A stretch of 64,000 nt of DNA from Phyllosticta citribraziliensis (lineage: Eukaryota), in contig NW_027117352.1 of the NCBI RefSeq assembly GCF_038025025.1, positions 496,001-560,000 on the forward strand, written 5' to 3'. Below are positions 25,427 to 36,582 of the stretch, in pieces. The translations under genes and the position numbers were made by a program. Each line of letters begins with the position of its first letter. Within the stretch, counting starts at the first letter, position 1. Below the pieces are notes generated by a model that was given only the letters and a program-made list of their open reading frames with translations, was not told the origin of the DNA and ran no database searches.

Positions 25427-28112
25427 CTAGCTACCCAACTCGACTCTCCTCTCCAAAACATGCCTCGCCTCCGTCTCGCTTAAGCTATCAAAGCCCAGCT
25501 CCTCCAACGCCGCCCTAGCCTTTTCATTATCGGCAAAGATCCTTTGCTCCACTTCCCACAAGCCCAACCGCACATCATCTTCAGCCTCTCGCGTGTCCGC
25601 TTCCGCTTGTCCCTCGTTGCTTGCTTCGTTGATGGCCAAGGGAGATGATCCCCTGGCGCCCCTGACAGGCAAACCCAACAAGCCCACGCCCTCTCTGATC
25701 TTCCGAAGTCCGCTGCCCGCGCAGCCGTCGCCCGCCCAGTGATCCACGACGTCGCAAATGGCCGCGATGTCGGCGGCAAACTGTGCCGCGCCGGCCGTGC
25801 TGAACGAGTGTGCCATGAGAATGCGGTCCCAAAGCTGCGTTTGAATGACGGCGCAGCCGTGGCGCGCTATGCGCCTGAGCGGGGCACGAGCGAGAGTTTT
25901 GGCGAGAAAGCCAAGCGAAGACGACAGGTAGGTGAGGAGAGGATCGAGCTCGGCGGTGATGGCCAAGGGGGAAGAGCTCGAGGGGTGGACGGAAGACGCC
26001 GAGCCAGTAGCGGTAGATAGAGTGGCCCAGGGGTTAACGCGCGTGTAGGGCCGGAAAGATTCGCGGATGTTGGATACAACAACATCGATGATGATGGATT
26101 CTGAACGAACGCGCAGGCGGTTGTACGCTGATGCCGTCTCGTCAAATAAAGCTCCTGCTTCGTCGTCTGTGCCGACTGTGCTGCTCGTGCGCTCTGCCAC
26201 GGTGCTGACGTCGAGCGCGCGGCCGAGTTTGGCTGACGTGCTGCGGCGCGCGCGATCTTGCAATTCCTCCCACAGTTCGAGGAAGAAGACGTCGTCGCTC
26301 CAGTCGCGCATTGCTCGCTCGAGATAATCGGCACTGCCGTATACACGACAAAGACGGTCAAGTCCAGCGATGCCTTGCAGCTGGGCCTGCTCTTCGCGGC
26401 TGATGCCCTGTACAGCGCGACCAACAGATGAAGTCATGGTGAGGAATGCCTCCAGACTCGAGCGCAAGCGTTCGTGAAAACGGTCGAAAATAGAGATTTG
26501 AATGTCGATGAGAAAGGTCAGTTTCTGGGAAAAGGACGACAGTGGCTTATATCGATCTGGAATAGTCAGCGCCGTCCTTTCGGTTTGCGAAAATATACAC
26601 ACCGGTAATGGTTTCAAGAAGGTCGTTGACACGGATTGCAGCCTTGGTGGGTTTCGTAGCGCCTGGGTCTACACTGTCGTAATCTAGTTCTCCGCTGTCA
26701 GGGGTATCAATGATGGCTTGGTATCGTGAAAGAGCAACTGGGGGAGTCAGCATGGTTCAGTTGTGAATTGAAGAACAGCGTACACTCTTTTTCAACATGG
26801 AGCCATCGATCAAACCAATCTTGAGACACCAAAACTTCCCAAGCAAGCCCCTTCCAGCCCACCGCTCCGTATCCACCGTCATATCTCCACTCTTCACGGA
26901 GGTTTGTATCAAAGTTCATAATCTCGTGCACCCAGTGGCTCAAAAGCTGAGGCTGGCTCGCGGCCTGGGGCAGGGTTGCAAAGATCTTGGCTCGCAACAT
27001 CGGCAAAAGTGCAGTGATGAAGGCGCAGGTAGCATCAATGTAGATGGTGTTGAGGGCCATATCGGTCCCTCGGAACCTCTCCAGAAGTATCGGCTGCAAG
27101 TTGGCGACCATGAAATCATTGAACGTGTCCAGCAAGTCCGAAATGTGCGAAAGAAAGTATTCTGGCTTGTCCAACCGGTTGGTAGGCTTGTCGCCATAAA
27201 AGTGATACCTGAAGCGCATTTCTAGCGGTTGGACCAGAACCTCGAGGGGCAGCAGAACCACGGGGCCGGATTTGGCATTTTCAGCAGCTTCCAGCTCGGG
27301 CTCTTGCAGTCGCAGCAGATTGCAAACACTGCTACACCAGTCATCGTGAAGGGAGCCGAGGAGTGCGGTTTCTGGCCGCTTTGGCCAGCCAATCTTTTTC
27401 AAGACGGCCTCGAGCCTAGCAGCGAACGCGTCCTTGAGCTGGCCACGCACGTGGTGCGTTGTCCTCGATATGTGATCAATCAGATGCGGTGCAGCTCCTT
27501 CAGCAGCCTCGTGCAGAGGGCCTAGGCTGGAATTGAGCTGCTTGAGCTGATGATAGGCGGCCAGGGCAGCTTCGTCCGAAGAATCGAGATGGGTGGTAGC
27601 GTTGCGGCTACAAGAACGGCTTAGCGTGCATACACGAGATGCTGCGGCGCGTGGGATACCTGAGTGCGTCGACTTCCTTCAGCCTCTCGGTGTAGCGGCC
27701 AGCAATGTCGAGGGCCAATAGCTTGTCCATGCTCCCGCGGAAGCGGTTGACGGCATCATCGGTGGTGTCGGAGCGGGTGACGATGGCCAGACGACGGTCA
27801 ATGTCGGACTGGACGCGTTCAAAGTCGGCATGTTGTGCGCGGAGGGACGAGGCGTGGTCGTCGGCAGCGTGACGGGCGTCGTGTGCATCGCGTTCGGCTT
27901 GTTGGAGCTGGTCACGTTAGCGGGGTCGGCAAAGCTGGCATGGCATGGCATGGCATGGCATGATGTAGGTGAGATGGACAGCTTACCTGCTGCTTGAGCA
28001 GGGCGTGGTGGGAGCGCGTCTCGGACAGCAGATGATCGAGGGCGTCGAGGTCGGCGAGGGTCTGTAGCTTGTCATCGAGAAAGTCGGCGGCGCGCTCCTG
28101 CAGGTCGGCCAT
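25427..28112 (-). CDS. TIP20: RINT-1/Tip20 family subunit of the Dsl1 tethering complex
   Basis: MADLQERAADFLDDKLQTLADL start; LEMRFRYHFYGDKPTNRLDKPEYF; LLSHWVHEIMNFD; FLIDIQISIFDRFHERL; WSDDVFFLELW; FSTAGAAQF; several GT-AG introns link the ORF pieces. Confidence 0.9.
27937..27961. repeat. (TGGCA)n pentanucleotide microsatellite in TIP20 intron 1
   Basis: Five tandem TGGCA units read directly. Confidence 0.8.
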
Positions 28113-28431
28113 GGCCGTGGCTGGGGCTGGGGGCGCAGGCGAAGGGTGAGGTGGAGTGGTGTGTTGAAGTACGGGAGAGTTAGGCGATCCGTGTGAGATC
28201 TGTGCCCCCGCGATCTGGGCAAGAAGTCGCCGGCGAGGGCCAGGGTCACGCCCATCGTTTGCTTGGGCAAAATCCTTGTCCAACCCGTCACCATTGCTAT
28301 TTTAGCTCCACTCTGCCCTCTTCTCCCAACTCACCCCCCTCACGCTCTTCTGCGAGCGCTTCTTCCGCGAGCCCTGTCCATCTTTTCCCTGCATATCCTA
28401 CCGCTCCGTATCTGCCTTATACCCCGCCGCC

Positions 28432-30577
28432 ATGCCCAAAGAAAACCGCAAGCGCGGCCGCCGCGACGAGAGGAAGAAGCGCAAGCTCGACCACATCGCC
28501 ACCGAAGACGACGCACACCAGACCAAGAGATACAAGGCCCAGGACCAGGACGACCAACCTGCGCTCCCTCAACATCCCGTCGAACACGACCAGAATGCAG
28601 AATTTTCCGCCCAACCCCCGCCGGGTGAGGTCGTCTTTTATGGCATGCTCGACGACGAGGAGCAGGACTACTTTAAGCGCGCAGACGAGATGCTCGAGTT
28701 GAATCAGTTTGGAGATCCCGAAGAGCGCGCCCTCTTCCTTGCCAACGTCTATCGCGAAGCCGACGGCAAGGAACTCAAGATTGCCAACAGCCAATCCTGC
28801 TCGCGCCTCATGGAGCGCTTGATCCAACTCTCGGATGCTACACAGTTGAAGAATTTGTTCAAAAAGTTTAGCGGCCAGTGGGTTCATCGCTTCCATTGCT
28901 TCAAACTATGCTAAGATTTCCAGTTTTCTGAATCTCGTCCAACACCGCTTCGCGTCGCACTGCTGCGAAGCCCTCTTCATTCACTCTGCTCCCGTCGTCA
29001 CCCACGAAATGATCAATCCTCCCCAAGACCAATACATTGATCCGCAGGATGTACAAGTGTCCATGGAAAACCTCTTCCTCTACGCCGTCAACGAACTCGA
29101 AGGCAACCTGGGCTATCTCATGACGGACAGGTTTGCGTCGCACACTTTGCGCGTACTACTGGTGGTCTTGGCCGGCGAGTCGCTGGCGCGCTCGTCACAT
29201 AGGTCGTTATTACACAGCAAGAAAAAGGAGCAGGTCAGCGTGGCAAGGGCCGAAAACCCGGACGAGAACATCTTGGAATCTCGGGCCGTCCCCGAAGCAT
29301 TCCTGGCAGCCTTGGAGAAGATGATCAACGGCAGCGTGGCCGGACTGGACACGACCTATCTCCGCGCGCTTGCAACGCATCCAACCGGAAACCCCGTACT
29401 GCAGCTCCTTGTCAAACTCGAGCTGACCAAGTTTGGCAAGCAACGGGCCAAGGACCAAAACTCGCTCCTCAAGAAGCTGCTGCCAGATGATCTCGTGACG
29501 GAGACGAACGAAAGCGGCGCCTTCATCCACGGCATGCTTTTCGACACGATTGGATCGCGGTTGCTCGAAGTCATCATCGAAAATGCTCCCGGAAAGCTAT
29601 TCAAGTCCATGTACAAGGAATTTTTCAAGCCGCGCATGGCCAGCCTTGCCCGAAACGAGATAGCCGGTTACGTCGAAACCAAGGTGCTGGAACGGCTGAG
29701 CAAGGAAGACTTGGAAGAAGCAATGCACTCGATCCTGCACGAGGTGCCGAAACTAGTGGATCGGAACCGCATCGCCGTCATCAGGAGCTTGATCGAACGC
29801 TGCGCCGCACGACAGGTCAACACTGCGCCCCTTGCGCAAGCTCTGGAAAAAGCATATGCGGGACCCAACGGTTTTGAGATTTCGAGGCTCCTCAAGCTCG
29901 GAGAACCGGCGGCATCCGAGGGCTCCAAGGGGGAGGCGCAGGGCAAAAAGGGCCAACCGTCGGCGGACAGCCTGCACGGATCGCTTCTGGCGCAGACGAT
30001 GCTGGGGGTGCCGGGGCCGCTGAGTGGACTCGTTTTCGATGCGCTGGCTCGACTGGGCACGCCTCTGGCGTTGAACATGGCAAGATCGGCCACAGCCAGC
30101 AGGGCTCTGCAGGAAGCACTGACGTCGCCGCTCGCCACCATCATCTTCAGGCGCAAGGTGATTCAGCAGTTTTACGGGCACATTGGCGAACTGGCTCTGG
30201 ACCCGTCGGGATCCCACGTCATCGACGCCATTTGGAAGGGCACGCACGGGCTTGCGTTTATTCGGGAGCGCATCGCCGAGGAGCTGGCGGAGAACGAGGC
30301 GGCGCTGCGGGAATCACACGTGGGCCGCAAGGTGTGGAGGAACTGGCGGATGGACCTGTACAAGCGACGGAGATCCGAATGGGTCAACCAGTCGCGTGAC
30401 ACGGCGGGCAACGGGGCGTTTGTGCCATTTCCGGAGCCGGCAGACAGCAACAGCAACAGCAACAACAACAAAAGGAAGGCCAAGACGGCCATAGAGCTGG
30501 CGCGGGAAAATCATGCGGCCGCAAAGCAGCGCAGCAGGAGGAATCAGGACAAGGGCAAGGCAAAGGAGGAAAACTGA
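28432..30577 (+). CDS. NOP9: Nucleolar protein 9 (PUF-like repeats, 18S rRNA maturation)
   Basis: MPKENRKRGRR; FYGMLDDEEQDYFK; GKELKIANSQSCSRLMERLI; 46-nt intron 28878-28923 joins to HFLNLVQHRFASHCCE; FASHTLR, GSRLLE, GSHVIDAIW, KVWRNWRMDLYKRRRSEW. Confidence 0.93.
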
Positions 30578-30876
30578 GGGCACAGGAGACGGCGGCGGCG
30601 TATGCGGCGCATGTAGGGAGCATTGATGTAATGGCGAATCTATCGAGATGTGGGTGAGATCGGAACCGAAGTGAGATCCAAACGAGATGCGGTGCCAAGG
30701 ACGGGCACACTGTGCGGTCTGACCGCGGGACCCTGTCACTGCGCGGCCAGATGCATGGCTCCGTCATAGCCGCCGCAAAAGTCGTGATCAGCCAGTCACA
30801 ACTTGTGGTGTTGACTTTTTGCACCACCGCGCTGCACTTGTTTTTCGTCGCCTGCATTCCGTTCCATTCTCCCACC

Positions 30877-31407
30877 ATGGCCATCAACGGCACCAACGGC
30901 TCCTCCAAGGCCCATGTGCTCTCGCGCGCTGACGACGTTGCCGAGGTCGGTGCGCCCATGTACCCGGTCGTGTCACATTCTTGCCATGCTGATCCATGGA
31001 TTGCTTCCTCTGTAGCTGCTAGACGCCGTTCAAAAGCTGCTCATCCCGTTTATCCGCCGCGCCGACGACGACGCCGCCACCAAGCCCACAGCCCGCGGCC
31101 TGCAATCCCACGGCGCCAGCGGTCCGCGCACCGCCCTGGTCGACCTGCTGCCGCCGCACAAGCTGGAGCCACTGCTGGCCCTCGACCTGTCTGACGATGG
31201 CGTCGGCAAGGACGGCGTTCTCCAGCTCGTCGAGCGCGTGCTGCAGTACTCGGTCAACACCTGGGACCAGGGCTTCTTGGACAAGCTGTATGCCTCGACC
31301 AACGCCGTGCGTACCTGACGTCCTCCATTCTGTACTTTTTAGCTGACCCCGACCAGATTGGCGTAGCGTCTGAACTCATCCTCGCCGTGCTCAACACCAA
31401 TGTAGGC

Positions 31408-31443
<36 letters not shown>

Positions 31444-32692
31444 CCGCTGAAACACCGCTGACACGCTCCCCAGGTGCACGTCTACCAGGTGTCGCCAGCC
31501 CTCACGCTGGTCGAAAAGTACGTGACCAAGCGGCTGGCCCAGCTCATCGGCTTCACGAGCCCCAATGCCGGCGGCATCAACCAGCCAGGCGGCAGCGCCT
31601 CCAACAGCTCGAGCGTCGTGATCGCGCGCAACACACTGTACCCGGAGACCAAGGACAACGGCATTGGCGGGCGCCGCTTCATCCTCTTCACGTCGGCCCA
31701 CGGGCACTACAGCCTGGAAAAGGCGGCGCAGATGTTCGGCTTCGGCAGCCGCGCGGTGCGCGCCGTCCCCGTCGACGCCGCCGGCCGCATGGATCCCGCG
31801 GCGCTCGAGTCGCTGGTCGTGGCGGCGCGCGACGCGGGCGAGACGCCGTTCTACGTCAACGCGACGGCGGGCACCACGGTCATGGGCTCGTACGACCCGT
31901 TCGACGCCATCGCCGACGTCTGCCAGAAGCACAACCTGTGGCTGCACGTCGACGGCAGCTGGGGCGGCTGCGTCATCTTCAACGACGCGCTGCGGCGCGG
32001 CCGCACCGATGGCATTGAGCGCGCTGACAGCGTCGCCATCACGCCGCACAAGATGCTCGGCGTGCCCATGACGTGCAGCTTCCTGCTCGCCAAGGACTTG
32101 CGCCAGTTCCATCAGAGCATGACGTTGCCGGCCGGCTAGTGCGTTGCCCCCCCCCCCTGACCCCCTTTTCGACCCCACCCCCCTGATTACTGACGCTTCC
32201 TCCCGGCACAGCCTCTTCCACAACACCCCCACCGACGAAATCTACGACCTGGCCGACCTCACCCCGCAATGCGGCCGCCGCGGCGACAGCCTCAAACTGT
32301 ACCTCTCGTGGGCCTTCTACGGCTCCGCCGGCCTCTCCTCGCACGTCGCAACCGCATTCGCGCGGTCCGAGCAACTGCACGCCCTCCTCTCCGCCTCGCG
32401 CGACATCGTGCTCGTCACGTCCCCCGACTCGCCGCCGCCGTGCCTGCAGGTGTGCTTCTACTACGCGCCGGCCGGCGCGCTGCACGCCGACGCCGACGTC
32501 AACAGCGCGCGCACCGTCGCTATGGCCGAGCGCCTCATCCGCCGCGGCTGGATGGTCGACTACGCGCCGGGCGCGCGCGGCAAGTTCTTCCGCGTCGTCG
32601 TCAACCGCGAGACGCTGCCGGGCACGGTCGAGGGGCTGGTGCGCGCCGTGGTGGAGGCGGGCGCGGAGGTTGTCGGCGAGGAGACCGCGTAG
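30877..32692 (+). CDS. Group II PLP-dependent decarboxylase (glutamate/cysteine-sulfinate/aspartate decarboxylase-like)
   Basis: YSVNTWDQGFLDKLYAS; LNTNVHVYQVSP; QPGGSASN; HYSLEKAA; TAGTTVMGSYDP; WLHVDGSWGG; PLP lysine in TPHKMLG; DLTPQCGRRGDSLK; four introns, the last splitting codon TA/C. Confidence 0.9.
31409..31441. repeat. 33-nt poly-C homopolymer in decarboxylase intron 31402-31473
   Basis: Read directly. Confidence 0.9.
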
Positions 32693-32933
32693 GGGGTGCG
32701 GCGACGGTAGGTTCATGTACGTAGCAAGAGAAGGATATAGAGAAAGAGGAAGAGGAAGAATGGAGGGCTGTTCGTGGTGTGGAGAGCTCAACTTCGCAAG
32801 AGGAAGATGGTGAACCGGAAAAGTTCTGCTCGCTTGCTTGCATGTTTGGTGGCTATTCTGCTTGGGATTCTAGATGGTGGTAGACCTTTTTTCTTTGCAT
32901 CGGACAACATCCACATCCACTTAGTCTCTTCAT

Positions 32934-34032
32934 GGCTCCCCGCCGTGCTCCCGCGTTGGCAGGAGGTACGCAACTTGCGTGAATGCCGCAGTGTAACGTC
33001 AGCTCTCAGAGTGGTCTTGTATGAAGCCTTCAATTCTCTCGTGTCTTCGAGAGGGTCGATAAAAAAGGAGAAAAAAGAGAAGACGAAGGCCCCCAGAAAC
33101 GGTGAGAAAAACTTGGAAACCAGCCAAAATCCAGAACCAACACCACAGAGCCCCATGTGCCCGGCTTTGGGAGCGGTAATGGTCATGTCATTAAGGGGGG
33201 TTCGGGGCGGGCGGCGGTCCAGGACAAAAGAAAGCAAAAAAGAGAGCGACACCACAAACACCACCCGCCAAAACCCACAACAAACACCGCACAACCGCGT
33301 GCCACCCCCTCAACGCCACCTCCTCCATCCCTCGCCTCCTCCGCAGCCAACTGGCTGCCACCTCGGCAGCAGCGTCGCCGCCCAACAAACAAAACAACAC
33401 CAGACAACAAAGACAACAAAGCCCCGCGAGCCGGGCCTGAACGCACGCCAGCGCCATAGGGGACGCCGGGGTCAACCACACCGCGGCAAAAAGATCCAAG
33501 ACCGCCCGGCACCGCCTCTGAGACATCCATCAGCGATGTTCGATCTGGAGACTCCGCCTTAGTGCTTGCGGCGTCTCGGTGAGCCCCCCAGGGAACAGCC
33601 TCACGTTGCGAGGCCGCAACAACGACGACATCAGAGTTTCCTCCACTCGGGGCGCGGCTGCCGGGCTGCAAGCCTTCGGTGTCATGTTCCCGGTGGTGTG
33701 GTGGCGATGGTTATGAGGAGGGAGCTATTGCATCATTAGCATGAGATCTTCAACAGACGCAAGCGAATGAGTTGTCTACGTACATGCTGGTGCTGGTGCT
33801 GGTGTTGTTGTTGTTGCTTCTGCTGCTGCTGCCGCAGCCGACTGCTTCCTGAGTTAGCAGTGTCTCAGAAATGCTGGATAAGATTGGACGAGGTTGCAAG
33901 AGAACGTACCCCTTGCCGCCGCTGCTGCCACCGCCGCCGCTTCTCCTGCTGTGGAAATTGTCAGTAAGTTGTTGAACAGGGAGATTTGAATGTGACGTAC
34001 CTCCTGCCAACGCGGGAGCACGGCGGGGAGCC
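32934..34032. repeat. Perfect 37-bp inverted repeat (arms 32934-32970 and 33996-34032)
   Basis: GGCTCCCCGCCGTGCTCCCGCGTTGGCAGGAGGTACG at the left arm and its exact reverse complement at the right arm. Confidence 0.9.
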
Positions 34033-34066
34033 CGTAGGCGAGTTCCAACGCCCCGGGAAACGACAT
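33191..34066 (-). pseudogene. Spliced membrane-protein paralogue 1 (low-complexity N-terminus, hydrophobic C-terminus), probably disrupted
   Basis: Three GTACGT...CTRAY...YAG introns (33949-34000, 33849-33909, 33725-33783). One spliced frame runs APRRAPALAG..RLRQQQQKQQQQHQHQHQH.. and, through a single TGA at 33530-33532, into hydrophobic ORF 33191-33526. Start codon unresolved. Confidence 0.45.
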
Positions 34067-35472
34067 GGCGGCGGGACGGGGAGCAAGAGGCTGGGGGCTG
34101 GACGCGGGCGGGCGAGACGCGAGAGTCTTGAGAGGTGAAGGGGAGAGCGAGAGCGAGAGGTATGGGCGTCGGGCGCGCGTGCAACTTTGAAAAGGGGGAA
34201 GAATGCTCTTGCAAGCGAACGATTGGACGGCGCGGCGGACGAAGAGGGTGCTTCAAGCAGTGAGTGGATGGTTGAGAGATGGAGGATGGAGTTTGGAGGA
34301 CGGAAGACGGAGGACGTTGGGCGGGGCGGCGTGCTCGGTCGTGTTGGCAACGACGGCAGCTGCGAGACGCGGGAAAGAGCACTTGCTTTGATCACCCCAC
34401 CGCCCCCATCGCGGCCGGAAGCGGGAACACCAGGGAAATCCGAAGAATGCTCCTGGAGTCCGAAGTTGACGGCAGACGACAGACAGCTCCCCGAGCTCAA
34501 GTCGGATGGAGGATGACCACTTTCTGGTGCGGCTCAATCCATGCCGTCCAAATCAAAGGCATGAATGCCATGTTGGCAAGGAACTTGACCAGATTTGGCA
34601 GTCACCTTTCCCAATGTTTGCTTGGCGAGACTGTGGCAGTGAATGATTGATGGCAGGGGACGGCGTGATGTCAGGAAGCATCACTTCTTCAGTCACACAA
34701 AACGTGGGCAAAGCGGGATGGATGGGAGACTCACTCAGATGAGTACATACAAAATTGGCTCGTTTTACGGATTAGTGGGTTACTGACTGTCGGACAGATT
34801 CCTTCTCGTCTCTTCGTCTTCTGCTCCTGCTCCCATATCCTCTCAGGGCATCCGCCTCCCAACCTTTTTTCTTTGCATCTCGTTCGACATCGACGTCCAC
34901 ACAGTCTCTCTTTCCATTGGATGCTCTTGAATGCTTCTTTTCCGTCTCTCTACTTCTTGTTCTTCTTGGTGGTCACTCTCCGTTCACCGAATGCTCCTTG
35001 GTTCTCTACCCTACCGCTTTGAGCTCGAGTGCTTCCTTCCCGTCCCTCTACGTGTTGTTTGTTGTTGTTGGGTGGTGATGGGCGTGATGGCGTGATGGCT
35101 GTAAGTGGGAAGCGCCCACGGTTGGAGCATCCACGCTCCCACCCCTTCTGTTTGCACCACTTGTGGAGCTCGGGCATCGAGCATTGGTTGGCAGGTCCCT
35201 CCTGTCGGTAGGTACCAGTGGCTAGATTGGCCGGTATGTTAGGCGGCACCGCCATGTACCTGAGAACGAGGCTTGGTCTCAAAAGCTGTGGCTCACGACA
35301 AGAGTACCAGGGAATCGGGAGTATTCATTTGCTCGAACAGACTACTGATGGGAAGCATTCATACCTAAGTCTGTGGCTGTCCACTGATATGGAGCATTCA
35401 AGCGTCTGAAAGTGGTGATTGGCATGGCTCAGGTTGGAGTGACCTCCCTCTCTGCCAGGCAGGTCTGCGGAA

Positions 35473-35519
35473 ACCGCAGCTTCACCGCAGCTTCACCGCA
35501 GCTTCACCGCAGCTTCACC
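35473..35519. repeat. 11-bp tandem repeat (ACCGCAGCTTC)x4
   Basis: Four exact copies plus ACC. Confidence 0.9.
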
Positions 35520-35791
35520 TTCCGCGTCACTTCCGGAGATTTCGAGGAAGCTTCAAAGGTTCATGTCTGTGTGTGCTCCTTCACCTTTATCGTTGCGACA
35601 GCAACGAGCTCGAATGCTCCCTGTGCTTATATGTGCCGGTCCCCCCTCTCCCCTGTTTTCGTTCTCTGGCACCACCACTGACGACCAATCTCTCGCAAAA
35701 GCAAAGAATATTTTTATCATCCAACGTCAATCACGCCGCCTCTTTTTTTTTTTTTTTTTGCCCGTCTCTCGCTCTCCCTCTCTCCCCCAAA

Positions 35792-36582
35792 ATGAACATC
35801 ATCGAGCTGGAGGAGCTGGGGGGCCACCCGGTGTCCGTACGTGGATCATTCACTTTAATCAAAGACGTCTGGGAACGTTGCTAATGACATCGACAAGACA
35901 GCGAAACAAGCCTCCGTCCCGTCGTTGAGGAGGAGGACACCGAGGCGGCACGGTGGCGGTGGCGGGAGCAGCGATGGCGACAGCGACAGCAGCGCCATGT
36001 ATGTGGACAACTTGCTTTCCATTGATCAAGCATCTCGGAGAACCTTGCTAATAGTTGTGATAGTACCGCCTGAGAGCGTGGCAGCGTGCGCTCCCTGCTC
36101 CGTCACCACCCCCTTCGCCTCCAGCTCCGCCGACCCCAACACCACCACCAACACCACCACCAACACCATCACCACCGCCACCACCACCACCATCACCACC
36201 AACACCACCAACACCACCACCTCAACTGATGTCTCCCCGGGCGGTCGGCCGGGCCAGGCCTTCGGCAAGCCTGTCGCGCCCTGGAGCCGTCCGGGGGGCG
36301 GCCGCCTTGATGGTGGTTGGTTGGTTGGTTGTCGTGGCTGTTTTGTGGTCGGCGGCGTCGCGCGGGCGGGCGCCCGAGGAGCGCAAAGCGCTCATGACCA
36401 AGCGAGTGGCGGCGGTGTCCGGTTTGGTGGTTCTGGGGGGGGTGGCAGTTGAGGGAGGAATGATGTGGTGGGAGAGGGGGAAGGGGGGATGGAGGGGGTT
36501 GGTTGGGGTGGTAAGAATTATTTTTGTTTTTTTGGTCGTCGCTGTTGCGGTGGTGGGGGCCGTGGTTGGATTTGTTTTGTAG
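35792..36582 (+). CDS. Spliced membrane-protein paralogue 2: proline-rich region plus three hydrophobic segments, unknown family
   Basis: Introns 35837-~35897 and 35999-36063. Last exon 36064-36582 is open: YRLRAWQRALPAPSPPPSPPAPPTPTPPP..QLMSPRAVGR..AAALMVVGWLVVVAVLW..VAAVSGLVVLGGVAV..IIFVFLVVAVAVVGAVVGFVL*. 5' end and start frame uncertain. Confidence 0.5.

Noticed and set aside
32137..32139. Apparent premature TAG in the decarboxylase
   Set aside because: An intron (GTGCGT...CTGAC...CAG) splits TA/C and restores GYLFH, so this is not a pseudogene
35473..35519. Short repeat array as possible CRISPR
   Set aside because: 11-bp units with no spacers, eukaryotic context and no cas genes
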